The position numbers and the translations under genes were made by a program. A model generated the notes under the pieces. That model searched no databases and was not told the origin of the DNA. It was given only the letters and a program-made list of their open reading frames with translations. Source: Histomonas meleagridis 2922-C6/04-290x (taxonomy: Eukaryota > Protista > Parabasalia). From it: a stretch of DNA of 64,000 nt. The stretch is taken from the NCBI GenBank assembly GCA_020184695.1, contig JAANOX010000270.1, positions 62,001 through 126,000 of the forward strand, given 5' to 3'. Positions 1 through 12,563 of the stretch are shown piece after piece (position 1 is the first letter of the stretch; every line of letters begins with the position of its first letter).

Positions 1-1167
1 TTGTCGGCCCTGCGGATGAATAACTTGCAATAGAAAGTGGTTCATTTCGAATTGTATCTAATGCTCCAACTGATAATAGATTTTTTCCTGCTCCAGGTCC
101 ACTTATATAATTTAGATATGGATCATTACCGCAAGCAAACACAAACAATAGATCGTTTTCGTAAATTAGAGCATCATATAAATAACGCAAATATATATAC
201 TAGTATCTGATGTTGGTGGTGTAATTCCCCATGAATTAGTACAGATTTTGGAATCAAAATTAATTATGTACATCATAATATAAGTAATATAACGCATTAA
301 GTAACTCATAGATCCATCGCTTTGGCCAATATCAACAAAATATATACGAGCAAGAGGTGCTGCACCATCAATATGACTTCCATTAATATGTTGACCTGCA
401 GCTGTACAACTTACATGTGTGCCATGACCAGTTTCATCCCCTGGACTTGTTGTGTACATATATTCTAATATCTTACGATGTTCAGGTCCTATACTAAAAG
501 TGGTTTCATCACGAAACCAATCAGATTCAAAATAAAGACCAGAATCAACAATTGTAATGACTTCACCTTCTCCTTGATAACCAAGATCATGAAGAGGACG
601 CGGTATATAGTCATATGAGCCATACTTAGTAAGGTCGGAAAGTTGAGATCCTTGTACAAAGCCTACATCAAGATTATTAAAAAAGCGAACGCGAAAGTCT
701 AGATAAATTGATAAAACAAGATTGTTGGAAAGAAGAGAAGAAACTGTTTGAGAACCTGTAGAGTTAACAACAAATGTTTCGGAATTAAATGTTTTGTAAA
801 TTTGATAATCAGAATTTGAAAAAGAAGAATGAGCAACAACAATAAGATTTTTGGAACTTTCAAGTGCTTCTATGGATGACATATTCTTATTTGTTTTTGG
901 AATTATATGAATAATTGCTTTTTGAGAAGAATTAATAAGTGAAATTTGTGATGGTGATAAAAACGCTAAAAACTTTCTGAATGAAATTTGATGTTCATGT
1001 TTTAGCAAGTAACCAAATTCACCAAAAAATGATTTTCTAACAATATTAACTTCGCACCATTGTGGTAATAAATCAGCATCATTGATTGCAATACTTTCAT
1101 GGCTCATACTAAGTGTGATCTTCTTCAACGATTTGGAGATCAACAATGAGAGTAAAAGTGAATACAT
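1..1167 (-). CDS. Subtilisin-like S8 serine peptidase, frameshifted at ~191-199, running off the window start
   Basis: ORF 166..1167 has a signal-like N-terminus, IVDSGL (Asp), DETGHGTHV (His) and TNSWG. Another frame continues VFACGND...GKNLLSVGA...SYSSAGPT to position 1. Removing one AT from the (AT)n run joins them (TSIYLRYLYDALIY). Confidence 0.8.
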
Positions 1168-1535
1168 CTATTGCTTAAAACTTCAAATTTCAAATTCACT
1201 GTGTCTATCGGCAGCCATAATTTCAATTAGGAACACACTTCACACAAAAAGTTCTATGATTTTTCTGGGAAATACGTTGATCGCTTTTATCGGGTAGAAG
1301 AAAAAAATTATCCACTGATTGCTGAACCAAACAATAAGATTTATCATAAATAAGTTTAATTTCTAAATTTTTGTTTCTTTCCTTGTACACCTACTTTGAC
1401 TTATAAATTTATATAATTTCTCATTTCCTCATTTTTTAAAGCAAAAACATATGTTACAACAAAAACTTTAGATACTTTTTGAAACACCAGTATTCATGGT
1501 GTTTATACCCCATCCCTTGAACAATATTTACAATA

Positions 1536-4151
1536 TCATTGTTCAGGAGGGGATGTTTTATGTGAATCACATTTAACGGAGCTTTCATTAATTTGAGATG
1601 AAGCTAATATCTCATTTAGATTTACTGACAAATAATCTCGTACTGCAATTCTGTTTGCTCTTTTTCTGGTTATGATTTTAGGTTTATTTTCATCTTCTTT
1701 TGTCTGTTGTATTGAACCATTCATAGAAGATGTACACCTACGAAAATTAGCTAAAGGAATTGGGAACGCATATAATTTGTTAGGTATAGAATTTAATATG
1801 TAGTTAGGAAGTTTAAGAAGATAAAAACTATTAAAATATATATTTGTATGGTTATTAAAACCTCCAAAGTATATTACTTCTCCTGTTTTTTGAATATATG
1901 TTGCTGTCCCACGTATAATACCCATTGGTAAATTTCCTTTTACTTTAATAACATTAGATTTATATGTAAATAAATTAATCAAAATAATTGGAGGATAAAT
2001 GTCTGTGTTATTCTCTCCACCAATTAATATTAAATAATTATTAATAATTACTGAAACATGTCCATATCTTGGAAATATTTCTCCTTTTAATTCAATTCGC
2101 TCCCAACTTTTAGTTTGGAATGAAAAAGACCATAAATCATCAAATACATTTGAATTCTTTCCTATCCCTCCAAAAACATACATTGATTCTTTAAATATAC
2201 AAGCGGAATGAAGTTGCCTTGGCTCTGGTGCAATAGATTCGTTAACAGAGAACCATTTCAACAAATTTAAATCAAAAATTAATACCGTATTCATTAATTT
2301 CTTTTGTTTTTGTTTTCCACCAAAAACTATAATCTTATTTTGATATGTAACAAGAGAAAAACCTTCTCGAATAAAGTCATTTGAATTCGAAACCATTTTT
2401 ATCCATTTGTCATTAATTAATTTATAAGGAGATCCTTTACCTCCGACTAAATATAGTTCTGAATTTATTTGTACAATTTTAGAATAATTCCATTTTGCTT
2501 CAATAACTTTTTCAACTGAGAGTGATTTTTTTGATGAATCATAAATTATTAATGGCGTATTTGAATTTTTACCATTAATGTTACCGCCTGCAAAATATAC
2601 TATGTTTCCGATGATTGTAGATCCAAGATCAGCAATTTCTGGAGGAGTCAATGGGTTAGAAAGTTCATTTGAAATTATTAAATCTTCATTAAAAGTTATA
2701 TTTGGTTGTTTTTTAGCTTTATAAAATTTAAATAAAACATTTTCTTTGATTTTAATGGTTTTAAATTCAATTGTTACACATTCCTTTTCGACTTGAAATG
2801 TTATTCCATTTCCTGAACATGCATTTGAACAAAAAGAACAATTATTACAGAATGAAAAAAGTACAATTTTTTCTTTATCAATTCCATATGTAATAAGGAA
2901 AGAATCATTAAATAAATAAAATGTTCCTTTTCCCTTTTTTGGATTAATTATATTAATGACATATTCTTTTTTTAATTTCCTATTTTCAGTAACAAGTTGA
3001 ATCTTTTGATTTAAACGAGATTGAATTTCAAGTACATTTTTTCTTTTTTTAATAGTCTCACTTGCAAATTCCATTTCATGTGTTAAACTTTCAATTATTT
3101 CTTGCGCAAAATGTATTGTTTCACTATCTGGATGACTTGGCGGTGTAAATTTTGCTAATTCCCTTATAAAAAGTACATAACGTGGAAATCTTTGAATTGG
3201 AATAATTAACAAAGAACAAAAATCTAATCCAGAGCTTATTGGATTATTTTGTACTATTTCTTTCATTTTTTGATCATTTGTAATTGATGTTGCAATTTCA
3301 TTTATTTTATTATAATCTGCTATATATTGTTCAGAGGTTCGAAATAAGGTTGAAAAATATATAAATATTTTTGATAGTTCTGCTTTGTATTCGATTTGAT
3401 ATTGATCAATTTTTGATAAAAAATCTTCATGACATTCAATCATTTTTGGTATTGGATCAAAAATTAAAGAAAGTTCTTCATCTTTTAGTAACTTTGCTTT
3501 TTGAATACTTTCCTTATAATATTTTAAGATTATATTTAAATTATTAAGATATGTTTTTTCTGTGTCTTTTAATTCTTTTATAATTTGTGTTCTCATTCTA
3601 ATGGTTTTTAATGCATTTTCTTGAAGAAGACATTTAAATTTAAGTTCTTTTGATTCTTTTGTTAAATCAAGAAAATCTTTAAAATTTATGTTTTTATCGA
3701 TCGGTTTTTCTCCAATTATTATTTGCGGATTAGAAATTTCCATTCCAAATTTTTTTACTACATAGTTAATAAAATTATTCATATTAGAAAAACTTTTAAT
3801 ATCAATTTCACATTTAAATTGAGGCATTTCAATTCCATTTTCTGTTTCAACATTAAATAACAAATAAAATTTTTGTTTCTCTGATTTATCAAGAATTTGA
3901 AAAACATAGGACATATTTGAAGAAGTTGATGGATCAAAGTTTTCAACTTTTTTAAGTAACTGAGGATATACTTGTGTGGGGATTATATCCTTTTGTAATG
4001 GCTGAATGTATGTTGGACATTTTATTCCTAATATTTGATTGTCTTTTAGCATTAAATCTGATTCGATTTGTTTTGTAGTTTTATTGATTACAAATTTTTC
4101 ATGTTTGATCGAAGGATTTTTCCCGATTTCGAGTATAATCACTGTTGACAT
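1536..4151 (-). CDS. RhoGEF (DH, PH-like) protein with C-terminal Kelch repeats
   Basis: 871-aa ORF. DH motifs IIKELKDTEKTYLNNL and LLIIPIQRFPRYVLFIRELAKFTPPSHPD; Kelch motifs (IIVFGG, MYVFGG, PRYGHVSV, LILIGG). Confidence 0.85.
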   Translation of the reverse strand: MSTVIILEIGKNPSIKHEKFVINKTTKQIESDLMLKDNQILGIKCPTYIQPLQKDIIPTQVYPQLLKKVENFDPSTSSNMSYVFQILDKSEKQKFYLLFNVETENGIEMPQFKCEIDIKSFSNMNNFINYVVKKFGMEISNPQIIIGEKPIDKNINFKDFLDLTKESKELKFKCLLQENALKTIRMRTQIIKELKDTEKTYLNNLNIILKYYKESIQKAKLLKDEELSLIFDPIPKMIECHEDFLSKIDQYQIEYKAELSKIFIYFSTLFRTSEQYIADYNKINEIATSITNDQKMKEIVQNNPISSGLDFCSLLIIPIQRFPRYVLFIRELAKFTPPSHPDSETIHFAQEIIESLTHEMEFASETIKKRKNVLEIQSRLNQKIQLVTENRKLKKEYVINIINPKKGKGTFYLFNDSFLITYGIDKEKIVLFSFCNNCSFCSNACSGNGITFQVEKECVTIEFKTIKIKENVLFKFYKAKKQPNITFNEDLIISNELSNPLTPPEIADLGSTIIGNIVYFAGGNINGKNSNTPLIIYDSSKKSLSVEKVIEAKWNYSKIVQINSELYLVGGKGSPYKLINDKWIKMVSNSNDFIREGFSLVTYQNKIIVFGGKQKQKKLMNTVLIFDLNLLKWFSVNESIAPEPRQLHSACIFKESMYVFGGIGKNSNVFDDLWSFSFQTKSWERIELKGEIFPRYGHVSVIINNYLILIGGENNTDIYPPIILINLFTYKSNVIKVKGNLPMGIIRGTATYIQKTGEVIYFGGFNNHTNIYFNSFYLLKLPNYILNSIPNKLYAFPIPLANFRRCTSSMNGSIQQTKEDENKPKIITRKRANRIAVRDYLSVNLNEILASSQINESSVKCDSHKTSPPEQ

Positions 4152-5261
4152 TTACGTTTTATGAAGTTGACTAAGGAACTAAAAAATTATTTTTTATGAA
4201 TTTTTATATCCAAAACCAATGTTTCTCCAAAAATAGTTATAAAATTTTATTAAATTTTTCTGTTGTAATCATTTGTAAACTAGTGTATTATTGTTTATGA
4301 AGAGGACTTCAATTTTAAATGCAAACAAAATGGTTTTGCATAAAATAAATAAAAAAGTTTAATTAATTCTAAATTAAAACGCGGAAGTTATTACATACTA
4401 ATAATAACCCGGATTTAATCAATCATTTTAAAAAATATACTTTATATTAGCCATTGATCAAAATTGATGTATGAACTTCTTTGATCATTTTTTACAAATA
4501 CAATAAATAAAGAAAATTTTAGAAAATTAAAATTTTGGAAATCATTTAAATGATTTCGTAATAACAACTTTGAAACATATTGTTTTATTTATTTTAAAAT
4601 TATTCTTTATACTTGTCTCAGAGGAATGTATACATACTTTAATTCTTTTTAATTGATAAAATTATACTCTTCCATTACATTCTTTACCTTTATTATTTAA
4701 AGATTTTTTTTTGCTTTTTTATTTTATTGATCGATTGATTGCAAATTGCTCAAAAATATAAAATGATATAATAAAATTCACTTTTGTTGAAGAGATAATT
4801 ATGGTATGTAGTATTGCAATTGCAGAACCACAACTTGAATTATAGTGAAATTAATAGAAATTATTATAAGTAAGTTTAAAAAATGGCCAAAACGACCGGA
4901 TGAATTTACGATCAAACTCATCTCAATTCCCACGCAACGAACCACACATGTGGGCTTTGTGTAAAATTTGATCGGTTACGAACACATTTTTGAATCAATA
5001 CCATACACTTTTTGATAATAACTCATTCAATAAATCCCGACCGGAAACCTGTGATGAATTTAGAGTTAGACGAATATACAAAAATTAATCAAAATTTTTA
5101 GCACAAATCATATTTAAAATCTATACGTCAGCACATGTATATGGGAAACTAAATGAATTAAAGTTAAAATAAGGAAATATTTAAATTTTTATTTTGATGC
5201 CGTGGTCTTTTGAATTACATCGGTTTTTTTCGAAAAGCGGTTGTTCTGCCCAACATTTTTG

Positions 5262-6656
5262 ATGATACACACAACTCCAGACGAGGAAATTCCAGGAATT
5301 GTTCAAGCACTTCGTGACCATTATAATACAGAAGTAACAAGGCCAATTCAATGGAGAATCCAACAACTCCAAGGACTTATTAAAGTTCTTGAAGAACACG
5401 AAGATGAATGGAACGAAGCATTAAACAAAGATATGGGAGCACATAAATTCGAAGCAGCTTTATTGGTTGGCGCTGTTAAATCAGAAATTAAACATACAAT
5501 AAAGTCATTACCAAAATGGATGGAACCAAAAAGCCTCTCTAACCCATGGGCACTTTACCCAGGCTCGACTAGTGTAGTTCCTGAACCATATGGTGTTGTT
5601 TGCGATTTCATTCCTTTTAACTATCCAGTATTTCTTGGATTTTCATCAATCTGCACAATTTTAGCAGCCGGTAACGTTTGCTTGTTTAAGCCATCTTCTA
5701 ACACTCCAGCATGTGCAAAATTATATCAAGATTTATTCCCAAAGTATCTTGATCCAGAAGCAGTTAAAGTTGTTTGCGGTCCATCTGCTATTTGCAATGT
5801 TATTCTCAAAGAGAGATTTGACTTTATTTTTTATACAGGTTCACCAGCAATTGCAAAAGGTGTAATGAAAGCAGCATCAGAACATCTTACACCAGTCTTA
5901 CTTGAGCTTGGAGGTAAATCACCTGTTTATGTCGATAAAAATCTTTCGATTGAGAAGTGTGCAAAAAGATTAGTATGGGCCAAGATATTTAATGGAGGTC
6001 AAACATGTGTTGCACCAGACTATTGCTTTATCCACCAAGACATTTATGATAAGTTTAAAGCAGAATTGGTGAAAGCAATTTCTGAGTTCTATGGTGATGT
6101 TGCGAACGTTTACAACGATAACATCACTCACATCATTAACCGCCGTCATTTTGATCGTTTGACAAGAGCGATACAAACCTCTGGTGGAGAAATTCTTTTA
6201 GAAGGGCTACGCGACCCAGAAAAATTGTATATTGGACCAACACTCATTGAGAATCCAAGTATGGATTCACAGCTTATGAAAGAAGAAATTTTTGGTCCAA
6301 TTCTTCCATTGATCAAAATTTCAGGAGTTGAAGATGCCATCAAATACATTAACGCACATGAAAAGCCACTCTCATTATATGTATATACAAGTGATAACAA
6401 AGTTTTGGAACAATTTACAAAAAGAACATCATCTGGATCAGTTGTATTAAACGATTCAACATTCCATGTTTCATCACCAGAGATGCCATTTGGTGGCGTT
6501 GGAAACTCTGGAATGGGACAATACCATGGTAAATATGGATTCCGTCAACTTTCACATCTCAAACCAGTTGTAACCCATTCAACAATGATTGACATCTCAC
6601 AAAGGTATCCACCATATACTGATGGACATCTTTCGCTCTTGAAGAAATTCTTATAA
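5262..6656 (+). CDS. NAD(P)-dependent aldehyde dehydrogenase (ALDH3/fatty-aldehyde-like)
   Basis: PFNYP, FYTGS, LELGGKSP, FNGGQTCVAPDY (catalytic Cys), EEIFGP, PFGGVGNSGMG. First ATG at 5262; the ORF track starts at TTG 5241. Confidence 0.93.
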   Translation: MIHTTPDEEIPGIVQALRDHYNTEVTRPIQWRIQQLQGLIKVLEEHEDEWNEALNKDMGAHKFEAALLVGAVKSEIKHTIKSLPKWMEPKSLSNPWALYPGSTSVVPEPYGVVCDFIPFNYPVFLGFSSICTILAAGNVCLFKPSSNTPACAKLYQDLFPKYLDPEAVKVVCGPSAICNVILKERFDFIFYTGSPAIAKGVMKAASEHLTPVLLELGGKSPVYVDKNLSIEKCAKRLVWAKIFNGGQTCVAPDYCFIHQDIYDKFKAELVKAISEFYGDVANVYNDNITHIINRRHFDRLTRAIQTSGGEILLEGLRDPEKLYIGPTLIENPSMDSQLMKEEIFGPILPLIKISGVEDAIKYINAHEKPLSLYVYTSDNKVLEQFTKRTSSGSVVLNDSTFHVSSPEMPFGGVGNSGMGQYHGKYGFRQLSHLKPVVTHSTMIDISQRYPPYTDGHLSLLKKFL

Positions 6657-7477
6657 GACAATAAAAAGAGTTGCCACTTTTTTGTTTCTTTTAATACGAC
6701 TTGCGGTTTTGTACGAACGTATATAGCGATCATCATACGATCTTGATATCATGAATATAATATATATATATATACATAGTTGCATCTATGATTAATATAA
6801 ATCTAAGAATTATATTATGATTAGCAAGAGATAAATTTATTCCAAAAAGTGACGAAAATCGACTTTTGCATGGTTTATATCGAATGTGCCGATAGAAGCA
6901 AACTTGAATGATGGTAAATATTATCAAATTTTTACCCTTTTATCAAAAAATACGTTATTTATATCCGAAAAGTGTCTTGAATTTCTATGCTTTATTTCTT
7001 TCTATCATTGTGATGATGATGGCAAATCAAATGATCCTTGGCTTGTTAAGAAATAAAATTGTTGAAATTTATTCATAAAAGCGAGATTTGTTATTTATTC
7101 CAAACAAGCAGATCAAATCTTGAAATTCTTGAAATTAATTTATTTATTAATTTAAATAAATGATATAATAAATTTCAAAATACTTTAATGATATTCTTAT
7201 TCAACCTGATTAATAATCAATAGTTAATAAAATATTTTCTGTATAAGTACATATTCTTGAATTTATCAATTGCATTTTTTCTCAATTTTCGTATTTTCTA
7301 ATAATGTTCAATATGATTTAATAATTTTATGAACAAATTCAATCAGCAAATGATATTTATAATATTGACTTGAGAGACATGTATCAATTCCTTTTATCTC
7401 TAAAATTGTTTTTGATGATCGATACGAGTTGATTGAGTGATTTTTATTCGTCCACTCATTCAAATTTGACTCCGAAC

Positions 7478-7882
7478 CGCTTGAGAATGTAAAATGATTG
7501 TAAAAAAATTATCTGTTTTCACCTAGAATTTATTTTTTGCCTTCGGCAATAAATAAATTCAAACTTTGATAAATTATGAGTTTTGCTTTTAAATCTATTT
7601 TAATTTTTAAATTTTTCAAAATATGATTTTGGATTCCGTTAAATTTTGGAAATTTTCATTATTCAAAAAAATAATATCATTTAATTTAGAAATTTAAAAT
7701 TGAAGAAGTATAAGATAATATATAAGTTATCATAAAATTACAAATCATAATTATACTAAATTTTTAATGAATAGCTTTTATATGAAATTTCATATGGAAA
7801 TTATTTATTATCTTTTATTTTGCATCATCTTGAAATATTTAAAAATTAATTCAAGTATTATTGTACTTCGGTGATACTTGTT
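7478..7882 (+). repeat. Non-coding direct repeat, copy 1 (partner at 12564-12816)
   Basis: Shares CGCTTGAGAATGTAAAATGATTG...TTTTTTGCC and a ~135-nt near-identical block TCATAATTATACTAAATTTTT...GATACTTGTT with copy 2. Copy 1 has extra internal sequence. Confidence 0.85.
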
Positions 7883-8786
7883 GATCATATGCTATATATA
7901 TATATATTACACTCGTTCACAAATTTCGCCGTAGTTATAGTGGGAAGATATCAGTCCTAACCATTAAAATTATATAATATATATACATAATTAATGTTCT
8001 GATTTAATATAAATACTAAATAATATTCATGATAAGTCAAGATAAATTAATATTTTCATTTTTAAAAGTGACAAAACCTTACTTTGTTATCGTTATGACG
8101 ATAGAGAGCGAAATGTGAATGATAGATATTTTCCTTGATCATTCAACAGCAAAAACAGGTAGAATACTAATGAATAAAACCATAATTTTCGAAATACATT
8201 TGCATTCGAAAAAAATTGGATTTGATTATTTATTCAGATTTATGATAATAGCTAATAATTCATCCGCTTTAAATTTATAAAAACATCTTTAAGTAATAAT
8301 GAACCCAGCCTTTGTACTAATATCATATTAAAATCATAAGAATTTTTGATCCAGACATCGAAAGATTCAATACCTTTCAAATCTGGAAGCACCATTCATC
8401 ACATTTAGAAAAAATTCATATCAAGAAGCCATTGATGACTCAGCTGAGTTTTTCGATATTTTTGTTTTAATTTTTCTGTGGTTAATATGTTTTGGAAGGT
8501 ACATTGCATGTTTAAAAAATTGTCTTCTAAGAATAATTATTGATTCTTAACTCAATGACTACAGGAAAAATATAGATTTTTCATATAAAAGTCATTTATT
8601 TATGAATGAAAAAATTTAAACAAATATCTTTATATACACCTATTTAGGAGTGACATCATCTCTCAATTAAGAGATATTTTAATTTTGCTAAAATCTAAAA
8701 AAGATAAACCACTAGTCACCAGTTCTGGTAAGTAGTACAATCGTGCATCTTATCAAAAATTAGTAGAACACTTACCAAAGTCTAAA

Positions 8787-11525
8787 CTAAATGGCACCTT
8801 TTTCACTGAGTAATTGTTTTATTTCTCTGAAACCCAACCGTTTAGCAATTTTAAATGCTGTTTCAAATTAATAAAACATAATCCAAATTATTAAAACATA
8901 TTCTAAATTATTCAAATGAATAGTTATTGCATTAACATCAATTCCTTTATCTAATAGTAATTTTATTATTTCTATATTATTATTTCTAACTGCTATATGA
9001 AGTGATGTTTCAAATTATTAAAGCATATTCCAAATTATTAAAACATAATCTAAATTATTCAAATGAATAGTTTTTTCATTAACATCAATTCCTTTATCTA
9101 ATAGTAATTTTACTATTTCTATATTATTATTTTTAACTGCTATATGAAGTGCTGTTTCAAATTATTAAAACATATATAAAATTATTAAAACATATATAAA
9201 ATTATTAAAACATATTCCAAATTATTAAAACATATTCCAAATTATTAAAACATATATAAAATTATTAAAACATATTCCAAATTATTAAAACATATTACAA
9301 ATTATTCAAATGAATAGTTTTTGCATTAACATCAATTCCTTCTAAAAGTAATTTTACTATTTCTATGTTATTATTTTTAACTGCTATATGAAGTGCTGTT
9401 TCAAATTATTAAAACATATATAAAATTATTAAAACATATATAAAATTATTAAAACATATTCCAAATTATTAAAACATATTCCAAATTATTAAAACATATT
9501 ACAAATTATTCAAATGAATAGTTTTTGCATTAACATCAATTCCTTTATCTAATAGTAATTTTACTATTTCTATGTTATTATTTCTAACTGCTATATGAAG
9601 TGATGTTTCAAATTATTAAAGCATATTCCAAGTTATTAAAACATATTTTAAATTATTAAAACATATTTTAAATTATTAAAACATATTCCAAATTATTAAA
9701 ACATATTCCAAATTATTAAAACATATATAAAATTATTCAAATGAATAGTTTTTGCATTAACATCAATTCCTTTATCTAATAGTAATTTTACTATTTCTAT
9801 ATTATTATTTCTAACTGCTATATGAAGTGCTGTTTCAAATTATTAAAACATATTCCAAGTTATTAAAACATATTTTAAATTATTAAAACATATTTCAAAT
9901 TATTAAAACATATATAAAATTATTAAAACATATATAAAATTATTAAAACATATTCCAAATTATTAAAACATATTATAAATTATTAAAACATATTTCAAAT
10001 TATTAAAACATATTCCAAATTATTAAAACATATTCCAAATTATTAAAACATATTCTAAATTATTTAAATGAATAGTTTTTGCATTAACATCAATTCCTTC
10101 TTTATCTAAAAGTAATTTTACTATTTCTATATTATTATTTCTAACTGCTATATGAAGTGCTGTTTCAAATTATTAAAACATATTCCAAATTATTAAAACA
10201 TATTTCAAATTATTAAAACATATTCCAAATTATTAAAACATATATAAAATTATTAAAACATATATAAAATTATTCAAATGAATAGTTTTTGCATTAACAT
10301 CAATTCCTTCTTTATCTAAAAGTAATTTTACTATTTCTATATTTCCTGTTTTAACTGAATATGGTAAAATTGTTTTTGGAATTTGTTGACTTCCTATATC
10401 ACTTTCTATTATGAATGTATTTCCTTTTGATGCTATTTCTTCTATAATTTCATTATTTATTTTCATTCCTTCTTTTTCTAAAAACGAGAAGATTTCATAA
10501 TTATTAAATTCAATACATTTTTTCCCAAGAAAGATTAAATTTTTTTCACTTAAATTATAATTATCTTGATTTTCGATATCAGAATTCGATTTTGTAAAAG
10601 AAGAAGAGTTTGAAGATGAAAATTTTCCAATTTTATTTTCATAAAGATAATGAAAAATTTCATTTCGATGAAATTCTATTGCTGTTTCATATGCTTCTGT
10701 AAATGATAAATTATTTTGTTCACATAAATGAATAATTTCTAAGTTTCCACCTGCAATTGCATATTTAGATGTATTTTTGATATTCGAATTATTTAATAAC
10801 AAATATTTAAAACATTTAATCGAACCAAAAAATGCGCAATAATCAATTAATGAAACATTTTTAGTATTAACAAATGAGCATCTTTCATAAAGTGATGACT
10901 CAATTATTTGATTAAAGTCAAATTCATTATGTGATGATATTTCTTGAAACTTTTCTAAATCATCATTTCGAAGTACTTTCGCAATTTCTAATGGATTAAC
11001 TCCTTCTTTTACATATTGCATATGAAGCTTCCAATCATCTTTTGATAATTCATCAAGTGCTGAAATAAATTCTTCAAAGAATTGTGGTCTTGAAAATTTG
11101 TTCCATAATTTATTGAATTCTTCTTTTGTTTTATATTGAGAAAAATATAATGTGTTCATGTTCTTTACTGAAGATGGTTCAATTATTTCTTCTTCTATCA
11201 TCTTTTCAAGAAGGAAATATGATTCTTGCTTTTCTATTCTCAGTAAATATTCATGAAAGATTTGAACAAGATTGGCTTCAGTTCCACTTTTGTTTTTATC
11301 TTTTTCATCTTCTTTTTCTTTTAAAGTTAATAAATATTTAATATATATATTTTCATTATTTGATTGAGAAACAAAAGCTGAATAAATAAGTCTAGAAACA
11401 AGATAGTTAAATGTATATGGCAGCCTATCTACAAATAAATTAATTGTTTCTTGAACTGATGTTTCAAAATTTTTTTCGTTGAGATTAAAGACAATTGATT
11501 CTAATGATTTCGAAAGTTCCATCAA
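8787..11525 (-). CDS. DUF3447-type ankyrin-repeat gene (locus A) with 7 repeat linkers interrupted by 20-nt (17+3) cassette arrays
   Basis: ORF 10233..11525 has the family motifs IDYCAFFGSIKCFKYLL, YAIAGGNLEIIHLCEQ and AIEFHRNEIF. It is followed by ankyrin blocks at 10163-10074, 9833-9747, 9606-9520, 9399-9316, 9155-9069, 9008-8922 (90/87/87/84/87/87 nt, all multiples of 3) and a terminal block 8861-8787 (TAFKIAKRLGFREIKQLLSEKGAI*). Confidence 0.8.
8862..10283 (-). repeat. Seven arrays of a 20-nt unit (ATATGTTTTAATAATTT + variable triplet) between ankyrin coding blocks
   Basis: Arrays at 10164-10283, 9834-10073, 9607-9746, 9400-9519, 9156-9315, 9009-9068 and 8862-8921, i.e. 6, 12, 7, 6, 8, 3 and 3 units. 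Variation is concentrated in the last 3 nt of each unit. Confidence 0.95.
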
Positions 11526-12029
11526 TTAAATAATGTACAACCCTGTTCATAATATTTGTGAGAAAATACAATTGTCAGTACGAAAAAAAAAAATGTCATA
11601 CGATAGGCATTTAAACCGATACAGCGATAGAGTATTTTGAACTAAACTTATTTTTTTAATGAGAGGAATAGTTCCAACTCAACAATTTTCAAAGATTTCT
11701 TCATAACAATAATATGGTAATATGATAATCTATACGTCTCCATATAGTTCAATAAATACCGTTTACAATTAATGGAATCTGGTTCAGCATATGATCCAGA
11801 ATCACCTAGAATTGATACAAAAAGTAGCACAAGTAAAAGCAACGCTCAGGTTGATAAAAAAAACAGGTCATTACAGAAAATTTGTTAGAATTTGTGATTT
11901 GATCGATGTGATATTTGATGTATAGATCTATTTCTAACAAGGAATTTTGTATTAATATAATAATGAGAAAATCCTAAACAAATTACAATAGAATTTGCTC
12001 AGTTTATAATGTTTACTTTTTTCTTTTAC

Positions 12030-12330
12030 TCAGCAGCATTGCTTTTTCTCACATTGGTCATTTTGCTCATCATTTACTTCGACAAATTCAGTCGTTTCGG
12101 GTTCATAACTTAATCCATCAAGTTCAACAACTTTACGATACATCTCGACAATGTTCTCACCTGTCTTTGCTGATGTTTCGATATGAAATTTGGCTCCGAT
12201 TTTCTTGGAAAAGTCATTGATTTCATCCATATCACATTGATATTCTTCTTCAGGAAGATCTTTTTTATTCCTGACAAGAATAAGTGCTATGTCTTCTGTT
12301 CGATTAATGAATAAAATTGAGATAATGCAT
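12030..12330 (-). pseudogene. C-terminal half of a Rab-like small GTPase, 5'-degraded
   Basis: ALILVRNKKDL (G4-like), IETSAKTGENI (G5) and terminal CC prenylation motif. The upstream part is frameshifted and no P-loop is visible. Confidence 0.7.
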
Positions 12331-12563
12331 CAAATATTGATTTTCTTGTATATTATTAAAATTTAAACAAAAGTTTGCACTAACTATATTAGAATTATTA
12401 AAATTTCTTGAAATTAAAAACATTCGGTTCGCACTGGATTTAGTGAAGATTATTAAGATTTCTAAGGAAAATATCAATCATTTAATAAAATTTTTTATTA
12501 AATTTAAAATTATTTCTTTCTAAAAAGTGACACTTCAAGGAAACTTGTAGAGTATTATCGAAT

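Noticed and set aside
7000-8520. Possible kinase remnants (ENILLT near 7230; CK1-like stretch near 8270-8400, - strand)
   Set aside because: Too short and degraded to support a call without a search.
8862-10283. The 20-nt arrays as a CRISPR array
   Set aside because: Eukaryotic context, the variable parts are only 3 nt, there are no cas genes, and the arrays sit inside ankyrin coding repeats.
8787-11525. Stop-codon reassignment (TAA read-through) in this genome
   Set aside because: Conserved genes end normally at TAA, TAG or TGA and have no internal stops, and several linkers are out of frame anyway.
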